Assembly (NCBI GenBank): GCA_049972095.1
Contig: JBMFKQ010000015.1
Span: forward strand, 1 to 36,366
Reading direction: 5' to 3'
DNA: 36,366 bases
Source of the DNA: Elusimicrobiales bacterium
Lineage (GTDB): Bacteria; Elusimicrobiota; Elusimicrobia; Elusimicrobiales; UBA9959
Both the position numbers and the translations under genes were made by a program. This document shows, in pieces, positions 1 to 10,562 of the stretch; the stretch's first letter is position 1; every line of letters begins with the position of its first letter. The notes under the pieces were generated by a model. That model ran no database searches. It was given only the letters and a program-made list of their open reading frames with translations, and was not told the origin of the DNA.

Positions 1-248
1 CTACTCACTGATCACTTTTTATTACTCTTTCTTGTATATTATAAACAAATTTTCCCAAAAAATCATGAAAAAATGATGAAAAAAATTCTGCGGTTGGATC
101 CTATTAGTTCTCTTATCTATCCGTAATAAATCAGCATCTACCTCTACACACAAGATAATCCTTCGGTTATTACTACTCGTTTCGTATTTTATTTATCAAC
201 CTTCAAATCCTTATAATTTACCTTCGTAGTTTTTTAATCTTCACAAGT

Positions 249-1250
249 CTAACCAAGAGTTGCAACCATAATTGCTTTGATGGTATGCACTCTGTTTTCT
301 GCCTGATCAAAAACTATTGATGCTGGTGATTCAAAAACATCCTCTGTAACCTCAATACCGTTTTTCAAACCAAAATTCTGGGCAATCTCTTTACCAATCT
401 TTGTTTCATCATTATGGAAAGAAGGAAGGCAATGCATAAATTTAACCTTCGGATTTTTTGTTTTTTTCATTAGCTGTAAATTTACCTGATAGGGTTTAAG
501 AAGTTTTATTCTCTGTTCCCAAACCTCCTTTGGTTCACCCATCGAAACCCAGACATCAGTATAAACAAAATCAACCCCTTTAACAGCTACAGCAGGATCC
601 GCAGTGATCGTTATCCTTGCAGATGATTTTTCAGACAATCTCTTTGCAATTTCAATAACATCAGCTGGTGGTTGTAATCCCTTTGGAGCACCAATCCTAA
701 CATCCATCCCAAGAAGTGCACCTGTAACAAGAAGCGATCTTCCCATATTGAATCTTGCATCCCCTACATAGGCATAGGATATCTGTTCTATAGGCTTAGA
801 TGAATGTTCAATCATCGTCATCATATCAGCAAGAGTTTGTGTGGGATGCCATTCATTTGTAAGCCCATTCCATACCGGAACACCGGCATATTTCGCAATC
901 TCCTCAACTATATCCTGACCAAAACCACGATACTCAATACCATCATACATCCTTCCTAAAACCCTTGCAGTGTCCTTTATTGATTCTTTATGCCCAAGCT
1001 GTGTTGAGTTTGGATCTATGTATGTGACATGTGCCCCCTGATCATATGCTGCAACCTCAAAGGCACATCTCGTTCTTGTGGATGTTTTCTCAAATATAAG
1101 GGCTATGTTTTTGCCTTTAAGTTTCGGTTGTTCAGTGCCAGCATATTTTGCTTTTTTGAGATCAAATGCAAGATCTATTAAAAACATAAACTCCTCTTTC
1201 GTAAAGTCTATCTCCTTGAGAAAATGCCTTCCTCGTAAGTTTATCGGCAT
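249..1250 (-). CDS. argF: Ornithine carbamoyltransferase
   Basis: STRTR carbamoyl-phosphate motif, HPTQ, DVWVSMG and HCLP motifs; SD GGAGG upstream. Anabolic vs catabolic (arcB) role cannot be decided here. Confidence 0.95.
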   Translation of the reverse strand: MPINLRGRHFLKEIDFTKEEFMFLIDLAFDLKKAKYAGTEQPKLKGKNIALIFEKTSTRTRCAFEVAAYDQGAHVTYIDPNSTQLGHKESIKDTARVLGRMYDGIEYRGFGQDIVEEIAKYAGVPVWNGLTNEWHPTQTLADMMTMIEHSSKPIEQISYAYVGDARFNMGRSLLVTGALLGMDVRIGAPKGLQPPADVIEIAKRLSEKSSARITITADPAVAVKGVDFVYTDVWVSMGEPKEVWEQRIKLLKPYQVNLQLMKKTKNPKVKFMHCLPSFHNDETKIGKEIAQNFGLKNGIEVTEDVFESPASIVFDQAENRVHTIKAIMVATLG

Positions 1251-1282
1251 AAAACCCTCCTTGACTAAATATTACTAAAAAT

Positions 1283-1291
1283 ATTATAACA
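1283..1291 (-). promoter_or_regulatory. Extended -10 promoter (TGTTATAAT) for argF
   Basis: Perfect TGnTATAAT on the minus strand about 32 nt upstream of the ATG. Confidence 0.65.
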
Positions 1292-1349
1292 TTTTAAAAA
1301 TATACACTCATTCATTTTAAGAACTTATAAGATCATACACAAAAAACTT

Positions 1350-2819
1350 TTAAAATCTACATATAGAAGGAACAAGAACTAAAAGCGAGTGTGGACTTAC
1401 CTTGATTTTCCACGACTTTAGCTTTTTACCGCTTACATAATCTATGAAAATACATTTTTTTAGAAAATCAAGCTCACCCACATATTCCTTATCTGATTTG
1501 TTTAAAATAACAAAGACCTCCTTCTCATCCGTGAACCTTTTAAAAATAAGAAGATTATGCGAATAGCTTATTATCTTTTGTTTTCCATATCTTAAAGGCG
1601 GAAGTTTCTTTCTTAATTCGTTAAGCTTTTTTATGTGTTTGTAAAGAGGGGTTTTTCTTGCTTTTTCTATCCCATCAATGCCTAAGAATCTTCTGTTATC
1701 AGGGTCATCACCTCCCTCCATCATAACCTCTGTGCCATAATAGATGCATGGTATCCCTCTGACTGTAAAATAGAAGTTCAGCATATCAAGGTATTGTTTA
1801 TAATCAGCAGGACTTGATGGTGAATTGAACCTTGGTTTATCGTGATTGTCAGGATAGACAACAAGATAGGTTGGATCAGGGTATTTATAATCATTTTCAA
1901 ATATCTTTACAGCTTTTTCAAAACTCTCACCTTTAAAAACCTTTTCAAGAGGCCCCCACTCACCACCCATTGCAGAAAGAGGCATATCAAGAACACTTAT
2001 CGAACCATCACCCATCTTTGTGTATGATGAAAGGAGGTCAAAATCAGAGTTTGTCCATACTTCACCAAATATAAAAAAATCAGGTTTATCCTTTTTCATC
2101 TCATATGAAAACTCTCTAACAAAATCACTGCTTACCCACACAACACTATCCAGCCTAAAACCATCAACCCCCATATCACGCCAACCGCGATAAATATCAA
2201 TAAGCCATCTTCTTGTATCAGGATTTTTGTCATTGAAATCAAGAAGATCAAAAAGCACAGCCCCTTCCCTGGTAAACCAAGAATATGTGTCATTAAAATA
2301 ATCAAAAAACCTTCCAAGACCAAAAACCTTCCCTCTATCCTTATACCAATTAACACTAACATCAACATCACCGCCATGAGCATGATTTATGACAACATCC
2401 TGTATTATCTTGATACCCTTTTTATGTGCTCTCTCTATGAGATCCTTATATGTATAGCCTCGACTTTCAAGATGAGGATCAACCCTTGAAAGATCCCATC
2501 CCCAATAACCATGATAACCTGCTGCATCATATGTTTTTGATGAGTTTACATATCTCCCAGGTGGCTGCATCACAGGGGGGGTTATCCATATCGCATTAAA
2601 ACCCATTCCCTTTATATAGTCAAGGTTTTCTATAAGCCCTTTAAAATCACCTCCCTGATAATACCTCAGATTTCCCTTAATATACTCATCACCATATATG
2701 TTATTATTAGCCTCATCCCCATCAACAAATCTATCAGTGACAACAAAATATATGCTCATATCCCTTGGATCAGAGGCGTGAAGAAAAAGAAAAAAAACAA
2801 AAAACACTAAAATACCCAT
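1350..2819 (-). CDS. GH13 alpha-amylase family glycoside hydrolase, probably secreted
   Basis: TDRFVDGD, GGDFKG, YHGYW, DVVINH, GFRLD, GEVW, DNHD and IYYGTE motifs; catalytic D/E/D retained; hydrophobic N-terminus. Confidence 0.92.
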   Translation of the reverse strand: MGILVFFVFFLFLHASDPRDMSIYFVVTDRFVDGDEANNNIYGDEYIKGNLRYYQGGDFKGLIENLDYIKGMGFNAIWITPPVMQPPGRYVNSSKTYDAAGYHGYWGWDLSRVDPHLESRGYTYKDLIERAHKKGIKIIQDVVINHAHGGDVDVSVNWYKDRGKVFGLGRFFDYFNDTYSWFTREGAVLFDLLDFNDKNPDTRRWLIDIYRGWRDMGVDGFRLDSVVWVSSDFVREFSYEMKKDKPDFFIFGEVWTNSDFDLLSSYTKMGDGSISVLDMPLSAMGGEWGPLEKVFKGESFEKAVKIFENDYKYPDPTYLVVYPDNHDKPRFNSPSSPADYKQYLDMLNFYFTVRGIPCIYYGTEVMMEGGDDPDNRRFLGIDGIEKARKTPLYKHIKKLNELRKKLPPLRYGKQKIISYSHNLLIFKRFTDEKEVFVILNKSDKEYVGELDFLKKCIFIDYVSGKKLKSWKIKVSPHSLLVLVPSICRF

Positions 2820-2884
2820 AATTCATATTAAACAAAATTTACACTGAGAAGGAAAGCTTGCCAACTTTAACTCGCGAGTTTAGT

Positions 2885-2911
2885 TTCTTTGGGTGGCTAT
2901 GCCCCTTAAAC
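2885..2911 (+). repeat. Dispersed imperfect hairpin repeat, copy 1 (TTCTTTGGGTGGCTATGCCCCTTAAAC)
   Basis: Near-identical to 17984-18011; both copies fold into the same 10-position stem with a T.C mismatch. Confidence 0.7.
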
Positions 2912-2982
2912 TTTAAAAGGATTTTTATATCTCCTTTATGAACTTGAAAGATGCAAGCTTCAAATATTATAAAATCTTAGTT

Positions 2983-3651
2983 ATGGAAAAGTTTTACCCG
3001 CAAAGCCTTGATGAGAAAAGCTGCGAATACTTTATCTCACATATAAATTCTCAAGATAGAGTTTATGAAAAAATAAAATTAAAAGCAGAAAAACTCAACA
3101 TTAAAAACATATCATTATCCCCTTTCGATGCAGCAGTAGTCGGTATCCTCACATCAGCACTAAAACCTTTAAAAGCTATTGAAATAGGATGCTTTCTTGG
3201 TTATTCTGCAATAACCATTGCAAGAAATATGCCTGATGATGGAAGGTTATACACAATTGAAAAAGATGATACTTATGCAGACTCAGCTACTGAGATAATA
3301 AGAGAAGAAAAGCTTGATGAAAAAATAACTGTGATAAACGATGATGCAGAAAACTATCTTTCAAAACTCTCGAAAATATCAAAGTTTGAACTATGCTTTA
3401 TAGATGCTGATAAAGATAAATATCCTTTTTATCTCAAGTGGGCTTTAAAAAATATAAAAAGTGGTGGGATGATAATTGCCCACAATGTTTTTCTTAAAGG
3501 AAAGCTCTTCTATGATGGTGAAGACAAAGAACAAAACAAAAAATCAAGAGGAATGAAGGAATTTCTCTATATCTTCTTCAATAATGATAGCTTCTCATCA
3601 AGAGCTATCATTCCAACTCAAGATGGACTTGCAGTAGGTATTTTAAAATAA
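2983..3651 (+). CDS. Class I SAM-dependent O-methyltransferase (COMT/CCoAOMT/TrmR-like)
   Basis: EIGCFLGYS SAM motif, FIDADK..YP and C-terminal DGL. Start moved from 2938 to ATG 2983, which follows a TAAAAT box. Confidence 0.88.
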   Translation: MEKFYPQSLDEKSCEYFISHINSQDRVYEKIKLKAEKLNIKNISLSPFDAAVVGILTSALKPLKAIEIGCFLGYSAITIARNMPDDGRLYTIEKDDTYADSATEIIREEKLDEKITVINDDAENYLSKLSKISKFELCFIDADKDKYPFYLKWALKNIKSGGMIIAHNVFLKGKLFYDGEDKEQNKKSRGMKEFLYIFFNNDSFSSRAIIPTQDGLAVGILK

Positions 3652-4905
3652 GCCTTCTTCCTTGACTTTTATACCAAAATAATAACCATTTTCTTTCCTA
3701 AAGTAAAAATCAAAAGGCAGAAGATTGTCCCAGAAAAGATACTGAATCTTTCTATGACTGAAAGAAACATAAATAAGTTTTTCTGATATTTTTCTAAACT
3801 CACTGCGCATTGTAGCATACTTATCAAAGTAAGAATTCGCAAAATCTTCTTTTGAAAAATAATCTTTGATCGTGTTAATCTTTTTTTCTACATCGCTATA
3901 AAACCTAAGATGGAGTAGCTGTTTTGCTAAAAACTGAAAGATATAATCCATAAAACAACTGTATTTAAAATCAAAAAAACTCAGAATCTCATCTCTTTCA
4001 TTGACAAAAGAAACAAGATTAGACATCTCATCAATTTTTCCCCATAAATCAAAAACATCTTTTACAAAATCCCTATAGCTTTTGGTAGAAAGAGAAAGAA
4101 GATATGTGTCGTTTTCAAGACTTTTGTAGATTTCTATAAACTCAGTTTTTTTCATAAAGCTATTTTCATTCAATCTTAATTTAACAACAAGACTTTTAAG
4201 AATCAGATATCTCCTGAGATCTGAAATTGTAGAGAACAACCTTTTTATATTTTTTTCATCAACACCTTTTACATTCCTCAAGACAGAAGCATAGTTTGTA
4301 AACATAAGATAATATCTATCTGTTTTTTTAATGATATCCCCAAGATCTTTAATCTTATACTTAGAAAGATATTCCCAAGCCATCTTAACCATCAACACTT
4401 CATCATCAAGCGCCTTATGATTAACTGAATAGTAATCTATCTCTTTACCACTACTCTGCTTTGATGAATTAGAAATATCACCAACCACAACACCACCCTC
4501 AGAAGCAAAATTGGCATCAAAAAGAAGTGATGATATCTCCCTCACTTCCTCATAACTTACATCATCCTTAGCAGCAGTCTTCATTTTATCTATAAGTTTT
4601 TTAAACTCAGGATTGAGGTAATATTCATAGAGGGTTGCCTTAATTACAAAACGATTATTTTTTTTAACATATTGTTCGAAAAGATCACACGCTTTTTTGG
4701 GATTTTTTTCAATCCAGAATATAAGGCATGATCTCATTTGAGAATATGTTTGAGAAACACAACCAGCTTCTTCAACGATCGAAATCTCCTCTGCAAGGTT
4801 ATCTGCGACAATACCTCTGAAAAATTTATCTATAAGTATTTTGTTGCAGACATCCGTCTTTTCAAAACTCATAGCAAAAACAACAAAAATAGAAAGGATA
4901 ATCAT
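3643..4905 (-). CDS. Hypothetical protein with N-terminal signal-like peptide
   Basis: 420-aa ORF, translationally coupled (4-nt overlap) to the upstream cls-like gene; no recognisable motif. Confidence 0.7.
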   Translation of the reverse strand: MIILSIFVVFAMSFEKTDVCNKILIDKFFRGIVADNLAEEISIVEEAGCVSQTYSQMRSCLIFWIEKNPKKACDLFEQYVKKNNRFVIKATLYEYYLNPEFKKLIDKMKTAAKDDVSYEEVREISSLLFDANFASEGGVVVGDISNSSKQSSGKEIDYYSVNHKALDDEVLMVKMAWEYLSKYKIKDLGDIIKKTDRYYLMFTNYASVLRNVKGVDEKNIKRLFSTISDLRRYLILKSLVVKLRLNENSFMKKTEFIEIYKSLENDTYLLSLSTKSYRDFVKDVFDLWGKIDEMSNLVSFVNERDEILSFFDFKYSCFMDYIFQFLAKQLLHLRFYSDVEKKINTIKDYFSKEDFANSYFDKYATMRSEFRKISEKLIYVSFSHRKIQYLFWDNLLPFDFYFRKENGYYFGIKVKEEGLF

Positions 4906-6032
4906 AGAAAGTCTCTAAAAAAATATATGAGATAAGACATAGCTTTAAATGAGATCGGCATATTTTTTATATCACTTAGTGTAATCTCCTTAGAATTTAA
5001 AAGATCATTTTCAAATATCTCTTTCATCTCAAGCCCAATCTTCTCATCATATATATTTAGATTTAACTCAAGATTGTAGTGAAGACTTATGTGATCAAGA
5101 TTATGAGAGCCAAGAGAAATCCAAACTCCATCAACAACAGCACTTTTTGCATGAAGAACCTCACCCATCCATTCATAAACCTTAACTCCATGTTTTATTA
5201 GATCTTTAAGAACCATAAATGAAGCAAGTCTTACATAGGGATGATCTGTTTTATGAGGGACTATAATCCTTACATCAACTCCTCTCATAACAGCCCTTTT
5301 AAGGCATCTTGAAAGTGTTTTATCAGGTAAAAAATATGCATTTGTTATATATATGAAATCCTTAGCATTATCCATAGCATAACGATAAGCCCTTCTGACA
5401 GAATGTATGCTTGCAATTCCAAAATCATAAGCTATGCTTACAAGTATATTCCCCCCTTTAGCCTTATTAATCTCAAAATAATTCCCACCACATCTAACCC
5501 AGTTATCCCTGAAAATCTCACAAAGCCGTCCTACAACCTCTCCACAAAAGCTTATCCCCATATCCTTCCAGTTCCTGCCACCGATCTCTAAGGGTGCATA
5601 ATCAAGGCTTAGGTTAAACCCGCCAACAAGCGCTTTTGAAAAATCACTAACTATTATCTTTCTGTGATCTCTTCTAAACCACTTTCTGAGGGATGTAAAA
5701 AATCTTATAGGATTATATTCAATAACCTCAATACCATTTTGCTTAAATCTTTTCCAAAAATCCTTTGATGTGTTTTTGCTGCCTATACTATCATATATTA
5801 TTTTTACGCTGACACCTTGTTGTCTTTTTGATATAAGAGCATCCTGAATTTTTTTGCCAAGATTATCATCCGCAATCTCATAAAATTCAAGTAGAAGTAA
5901 GTCTTTTGAAGACTCTATCATCTCAAAAATTTCTCTGACAAACAAATCACTTCTATGCAGGATCTTTACATTTTCAGCCATCAAAAGGGTTGAGATATCA
6001 CAACAATATCTTTTTACATAATATTCATCCAT
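4902..6032 (-). CDS. Phospholipase D family / cardiolipin synthase (ClsB-like, no N-terminal TM)
   Basis: Two HKD motifs (RDHRKIIVSD, LHAKSAVVD); GGFN, NAYFLP and GSHNLD..S...N.E. Confidence 0.88.
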   Translation of the reverse strand: MDEYYVKRYCCDISTLLMAENVKILHRSDLFVREIFEMIESSKDLLLLEFYEIADDNLGKKIQDALISKRQQGVSVKIIYDSIGSKNTSKDFWKRFKQNGIEVIEYNPIRFFTSLRKWFRRDHRKIIVSDFSKALVGGFNLSLDYAPLEIGGRNWKDMGISFCGEVVGRLCEIFRDNWVRCGGNYFEINKAKGGNILVSIAYDFGIASIHSVRRAYRYAMDNAKDFIYITNAYFLPDKTLSRCLKRAVMRGVDVRIIVPHKTDHPYVRLASFMVLKDLIKHGVKVYEWMGEVLHAKSAVVDGVWISLGSHNLDHISLHYNLELNLNIYDEKIGLEMKEIFENDLLNSKEITLSDIKNMPISFKAMSYLIYFFRDFL

Positions 6033-6080
6033 AAAAGATATTTTAATAGTTATTGAATTCCTTCTTCAAATATTCAAATA

Positions 6081-6089
6081 TGTTATAAT
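6081..6089 (+). promoter_or_regulatory. Extended -10 promoter (TGTTATAAT) for purE
   Basis: Perfect TGnTATAAT, followed by an AGGGG SD before ATG 6122. Confidence 0.65.
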
Positions 6090-6121
6090 TTAAATATCAA
6101 TTAAGTCTTTAAGGGGATTAT

Positions 6122-6616
6122 ATGAAATCAAGCGTGAGAAAAACAAAAGTTGGAATTTTAGTAGGTAGTCATTCAGACTTGGAAATTATGAAAGATGCTG
6201 TAAGTATACTAAAAGAATTTAAGGTATCATATGAAATAAATGTTATCTCTGCCCATAGAATGCCACATAAACTTTTTGAATATGCTACAACTGCTGAATC
6301 AAGAGGACTTGAGGTAATAATAGCAGCAGCAGGGGGTGCAGCACATCTTCCAGGAATAACAGCTGCATTAACAACTATCCCCGTTATAGGAGTTCCGATA
6401 AAAAGTCAATCACTAAACGGCCTTGATTCACTTCTTTCCATAGTTCAGATGCCTAGTGGAATACCTGTCGCAACGGTCGCAATAAATGGTGCTAAAAATG
6501 CTGCGATACTTGCAATACAGATAATATCAATAAAACACCCTCAAATAAGACAAAAAATAAAAGATTTTAGAGAAAAGATGAGAAAAGAAATAGAATCAAA
6601 AAAGATAGAATTATAG
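6122..6616 (+). CDS. purE: N5-carboxyaminoimidazole ribonucleotide mutase
   Basis: [18 protein letters not shown] and [14 protein letters not shown] motifs. Confidence 0.97.
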   Translation: MKSSVRKTKVGILVGSHSDLEIMKDAVSILKEFKVSYEINVISAHRMPHKLFEYATTAESRGLEVIIAAAGGAAHLPGITAALTTIPVIGVPIKSQSLNGLDSLLSIVQMPSGIPVATVAINGAKNAAILAIQIISIKHPQIRQKIKDFREKMRKEIESKKIEL

Positions 6617-6651
6617 TTGTTAATCCAGATATTTTTTTGTAAACTTTTAGT

Positions 6652-7488
6652 ATGTGTAGAATGTTTTTTATATCCTCTAAAAAAGTAATCACCCAAACCA
6701 CACTTTTCTATTATACCATTGAAGCTGAAAAGTCAATACTAAAACAATCACAATTCAATGAAAAAAGACTTCAAAAAGATGGTTGGGGTATAGGTTATTT
6801 TGAAGACAGCAATCCATATATACACAAAAGCTCAAACAGTATATACAGTGAAAAGGATAAGCTTAAAGATAAAATAAAGAAAATAAAAACGACTTCTTTT
6901 ATTATGCATATAAGAAGGGCTTCAAATCCAAGAAATCTTGAGATTAAAAAGCTTATATCAGAAGAAAATACACAGCCATATTGTGCAAACAACATCATAT
7001 TCACACATAATGGAACTCTCAATATAGTTGATGAGATATATGAAAACTTAGCAAAATACAAAAAGTTCGTCAAAGGGCTTAATGATAGTGAGGTTCTTTT
7101 CTGGCATATAATGAAAAATTTAGATGCATACGGCGACATTCCTCAAGCAATCAAAGCTGCAAGAAGGGAGATAAACACTGTCTGGATATCAGTCAAAAAT
7201 AACTACAAGCACTTTAAAGAACCTTACATTGGGCTTAATATATTCATCTATACTGAAAAAAATTTTTATGCTTTGTGTGATTTTAGGCTCAAAAAAGAAA
7301 CATACTCTATTATGACTCCGAGTTGGGAGTATGGAAGATACGCTATTAAAAAAGAAAAAGATATATTTATAATATCAAGTGAACCGCTTGATAATGAAAG
7401 ATGGCAAAAGATAAACCATAACTCACTCATTGAGTTTGACATAAAAGCATTCAAACTTAAAATATCAGATGCAGGAGGGACGATATGA
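6652..7488 (+). CDS. Class II glutamine amidotransferase (YafJ/EgtC-like Ntn hydrolase)
   Basis: N-terminal MCR nucleophile; DGWGIG, HIRRAS, NTQP, HNG, DSE and SEPL motifs. Confidence 0.9.
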   Translation: MCRMFFISSKKVITQTTLFYYTIEAEKSILKQSQFNEKRLQKDGWGIGYFEDSNPYIHKSSNSIYSEKDKLKDKIKKIKTTSFIMHIRRASNPRNLEIKKLISEENTQPYCANNIIFTHNGTLNIVDEIYENLAKYKKFVKGLNDSEVLFWHIMKNLDAYGDIPQAIKAARREINTVWISVKNNYKHFKEPYIGLNIFIYTEKNFYALCDFRLKKETYSIMTPSWEYGRYAIKKEKDIFIISSEPLDNERWQKINHNSLIEFDIKAFKLKISDAGGTI

Positions 7489-8120
7489 GAGGATTGTTTT
7501 TAATAGTTATATTTGTTGCAAGCGTTTATTTTTTTATAAGTCACCAAAAGCACAAACAACAAGAGCAAAAAAAAGTTGAAGAGGTGAAAAAAGTAATAAG
7601 GAAGGAGGAGTTTAAAAATATAGACCCTTCTCTGCCTGATTATATTACAAACGAATATATCTTGCAGTTTTCTAAAACAACAATAGAAACTCTCCGGAAA
7701 CTTGTTTACGATACAAATGAAAATGTAAGATTTGCAGCAATAGAGCTTCTCTGGCAGCTCAAGGATAGAGATATTCAAAAAATAATAAAAAAGGCACTTG
7801 ATACAGAAACTGAGGCAGAAATAAAAATAAAAATAATAGATATGCTGAGTAAAGAAAAGTCAAGGCTTTCGCTTCATCTCATAGCTCATGCATTAAATAA
7901 TTACGAGAAGGATGTTAGGGCAAGGGCATGTGAGGTTATGGGAGATTTCATAGATAGACAAACAATAGATCTTCTCACACCGGCTCTCAAGGATTATGAT
8001 GAAGATGTTAGAAAAAAGGCACTTGAATCTATAAAGAAGGTTAAATCTGCAATAGAGGAGAAGAGGGAAGAGAAGCTAAAAGAGATACTTGAACCAGAAC
8101 CAAAATTTATCACAAACTGA
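7485..8120 (+). CDS. Membrane-anchored HEAT-repeat protein
   Basis: N-terminal TM; repeats such as D.NENVRFAAIELL, EKDVRARACEVM and DEDVRKKALESI. Confidence 0.8.
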   Translation: MRGLFLIVIFVASVYFFISHQKHKQQEQKKVEEVKKVIRKEEFKNIDPSLPDYITNEYILQFSKTTIETLRKLVYDTNENVRFAAIELLWQLKDRDIQKIIKKALDTETEAEIKIKIIDMLSKEKSRLSLHLIAHALNNYEKDVRARACEVMGDFIDRQTIDLLTPALKDYDEDVRKKALESIKKVKSAIEEKREEKLKEILEPEPKFITN

Positions 8121-8920
8121 TGTTTAAAACTGATAACAAAAAGATTATATGTGGAATCTTAAACATAACTCCTGATTCTTTTTCAGATGGTGGACTTTAT
8201 CTTGAAAAAAAAGAAGCTTCAAAAAGGGCATGTGAGATGGTTGAACAGGGAGCATCATGGATTGATATAGGAGGACAGTCTACAAGGCCATTCTCTAATC
8301 CAGTTGACAGTAGAACTGAAAAAGAAAGAGTCATACCAGTTATAAAAGAACTTAAGAAGATTCTGCCATCAAACATAGTTATGTCTATTGATACATATTA
8401 TCCTGATGTTGCAGAAGAAGCAATACAGAATGGCGCTGATATTGTAAATGATGTAACAGGTTTGAGAAACAAAGAAATGATAAACATCATTGTTAAATAT
8501 AGAAAGCCTGTTGTTATAATGCATATGAAGGGGGATCAAAAAACAATGCAGCAAAATCCTTGCTATGATAATGTTATTAAAGAGATAAATGATTTTTTTA
8601 TATCAAAAATAAAGGAGCTTTCAAAATACAACTTTGATGATATAATACTTGATCCCGGAATAGGTTTTGGTAAAAATCTTGAACATAACCTAACAATACT
8701 GAAAAATCTATCATCATTTAAAAAACTTGGCTTTCCCATTATGATAGGTCCATCAAGAAAATCATTTATAGGCATGATAACTGGCGAGAAACTACCATCA
8801 AAAAGAGTAAGCGGGACCATTGCGGCGTGTCTTTATTCTTATTCATATGCTGACATATTCAGAGTTCATGATGTGTATGAGATAAATCAAGCCTTTGCAG
8901 TATGGAAAACGCTCTGTTAA
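8120..8920 (+). CDS. folP: Dihydropteroate synthase
   Basis: GILNITPDSFSDGG, DIGGQSTRP, DPGIGFGK, SRKSF and RVHDV motifs. Confidence 0.97.
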   Translation: MFKTDNKKIICGILNITPDSFSDGGLYLEKKEASKRACEMVEQGASWIDIGGQSTRPFSNPVDSRTEKERVIPVIKELKKILPSNIVMSIDTYYPDVAEEAIQNGADIVNDVTGLRNKEMINIIVKYRKPVVIMHMKGDQKTMQQNPCYDNVIKEINDFFISKIKELSKYNFDDIILDPGIGFGKNLEHNLTILKNLSSFKKLGFPIMIGPSRKSFIGMITGEKLPSKRVSGTIAACLYSYSYADIFRVHDVYEINQAFAVWKTLC

Positions 8921-8921
8921 A

Positions 8922-10562
8922 ATGGATGTATATCTTTCTTTAGGCTCAAACATAGGTTCAAGAATAGATAAAATAGAATCAGCAATTAAATGTATATCCA
9001 AAATATCAGAAATAAAAAAAATCTCCTCTTTTTATATAACACCCCCTATGTATTATGTTAACCAGCCATATTTTATAAACTGCGCATTAAAGATAAAAAC
9101 TGACATAGAACCCATACAACTTATAAAAAAAATCCTTCAAATTGAAAAAAATCTTGGAAGAATAAGAACCTTTAAAAATGGGCCAAGAATTATTGATATA
9201 GATATAGTCTATTATGGTAGCAAAGTTATAGACAAAAGCATTCTTCAGATTCCACATCCTAAAAGACTTGAGAGGACATTTGTTTTAAAACCCATAAGCG
9301 ATATAGAACCATCTCTTAAAGATCCCCTTACAAACAAAACAATATCTCAAATGCTCACTAATCTAAACACTCAAGAATTAATAAAACTGCCTGAAAACTA
9401 TAATGAAAGTTTAAAATTCCTCTCATCACTAAAACCAAGAAACAAAAATGATTTCAAAATAGACTATATGAAAGAAACACTTAAAGCAATTGGAAATCCT
9501 CAAGATAAAATAGGTAGAATAATACACATAACAGGTTCTGAAGGAAAAACATCAACCGCAATCTATATATCAAAAATATTACAAAAAAATGGATATAGAA
9601 CAGCCCTTTACACAAGCCCACACATAATTGATATAAGAGAGAGAATAAGATTCAATGGTAAAATGATATCCAAGAAAAATTTTCTCACAACACTGAGATA
9701 CGTTATTTCATCATCACCTCACATACATTCCGCTTTTGAGTATCTTACACTCGTGGCTTTAAAATACTTTTCACAGATATCTGCTGATTTTTCAATCATA
9801 GAGGTAGGCATGGGAGGAGTTAATGATGCAACGAATGTATTTGAAAAGAGCTATTGTGTATTTACTCATATAAGCAATGAGCATTCTAAATATCTTGGCA
9901 GAAGCATCAAAAAAATAGCAGAAAATAAAGCAGGCATAATAAAAGAAAACTCAAAGTGTTTTATATCAAACGCTAACTCAAGAGAGGTTATAAAAATCAT
10001 TGAGAAAAAAGCAAGAGAAAAAAATTGCTATATATATATCCAGCCAGATAAACTTGAATCAGACATCTATTATTCTAATCTTAACCTTGCAAAATGGATA
10101 TGCGAGAGGATACTTTATAGGAGAATAAAATACAAAGATATAAGAATAAAAATTCCTGCACGAAAACAGAAAATAAAATATAAGGGAAGAGAAATCATCC
10201 TTGATGGAGCACACACTCCATATTCCATAAAGAAAATAATGAGCAAAATAAATACAGAAAAATATAGGGTATGTTTGTGTGGATTTATGAGAGATAAAAA
10301 GGTTTACAGATGTCTTGGTGAAATAATAAAAAAAGGATTTAAAAAAATTATAATAACGCAATCACTTTCACCAAGAACAATGAGGGTTGAAGAAATAAAA
10401 ACAAATGAGAGAAAAATAGCTAAAATTAAACTGCTTAAAAAAGCTTTTTCAAAAGCTCTTAAATATGGCAATATCTGTGTTTTAGGAAGCCTTTATCTTT
10501 GTGGCGATATCATTTCCATTATAAAAGGCAAGAAAAGAATCTACCTTAATGAGCTTTACTGA
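8922..10562 (+). CDS. folK: FolK (HPPK)-FolC (dihydrofolate/folylpolyglutamate synthase) fusion
   Basis: N-terminal YLSLGSNIG, GPRIIDIDI and PHP...R.FVL (FolK). Then IHITGSEGKTST, YTSPH, EVGMGG..DATN, KAGIIK, LDGAH and GSLYL.G (FolC). ATG 8922 directly follows the folP stop. Confidence 0.9.
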   Translation: MDVYLSLGSNIGSRIDKIESAIKCISKISEIKKISSFYITPPMYYVNQPYFINCALKIKTDIEPIQLIKKILQIEKNLGRIRTFKNGPRIIDIDIVYYGSKVIDKSILQIPHPKRLERTFVLKPISDIEPSLKDPLTNKTISQMLTNLNTQELIKLPENYNESLKFLSSLKPRNKNDFKIDYMKETLKAIGNPQDKIGRIIHITGSEGKTSTAIYISKILQKNGYRTALYTSPHIIDIRERIRFNGKMISKKNFLTTLRYVISSSPHIHSAFEYLTLVALKYFSQISADFSIIEVGMGGVNDATNVFEKSYCVFTHISNEHSKYLGRSIKKIAENKAGIIKENSKCFISNANSREVIKIIEKKAREKNCYIYIQPDKLESDIYYSNLNLAKWICERILYRRIKYKDIRIKIPARKQKIKYKGREIILDGAHTPYSIKKIMSKINTEKYRVCLCGFMRDKKVYRCLGEIIKKGFKKIIITQSLSPRTMRVEEIKTNERKIAKIKLLKKAFSKALKYGNICVLGSLYLCGDIISIIKGKKRIYLNELY

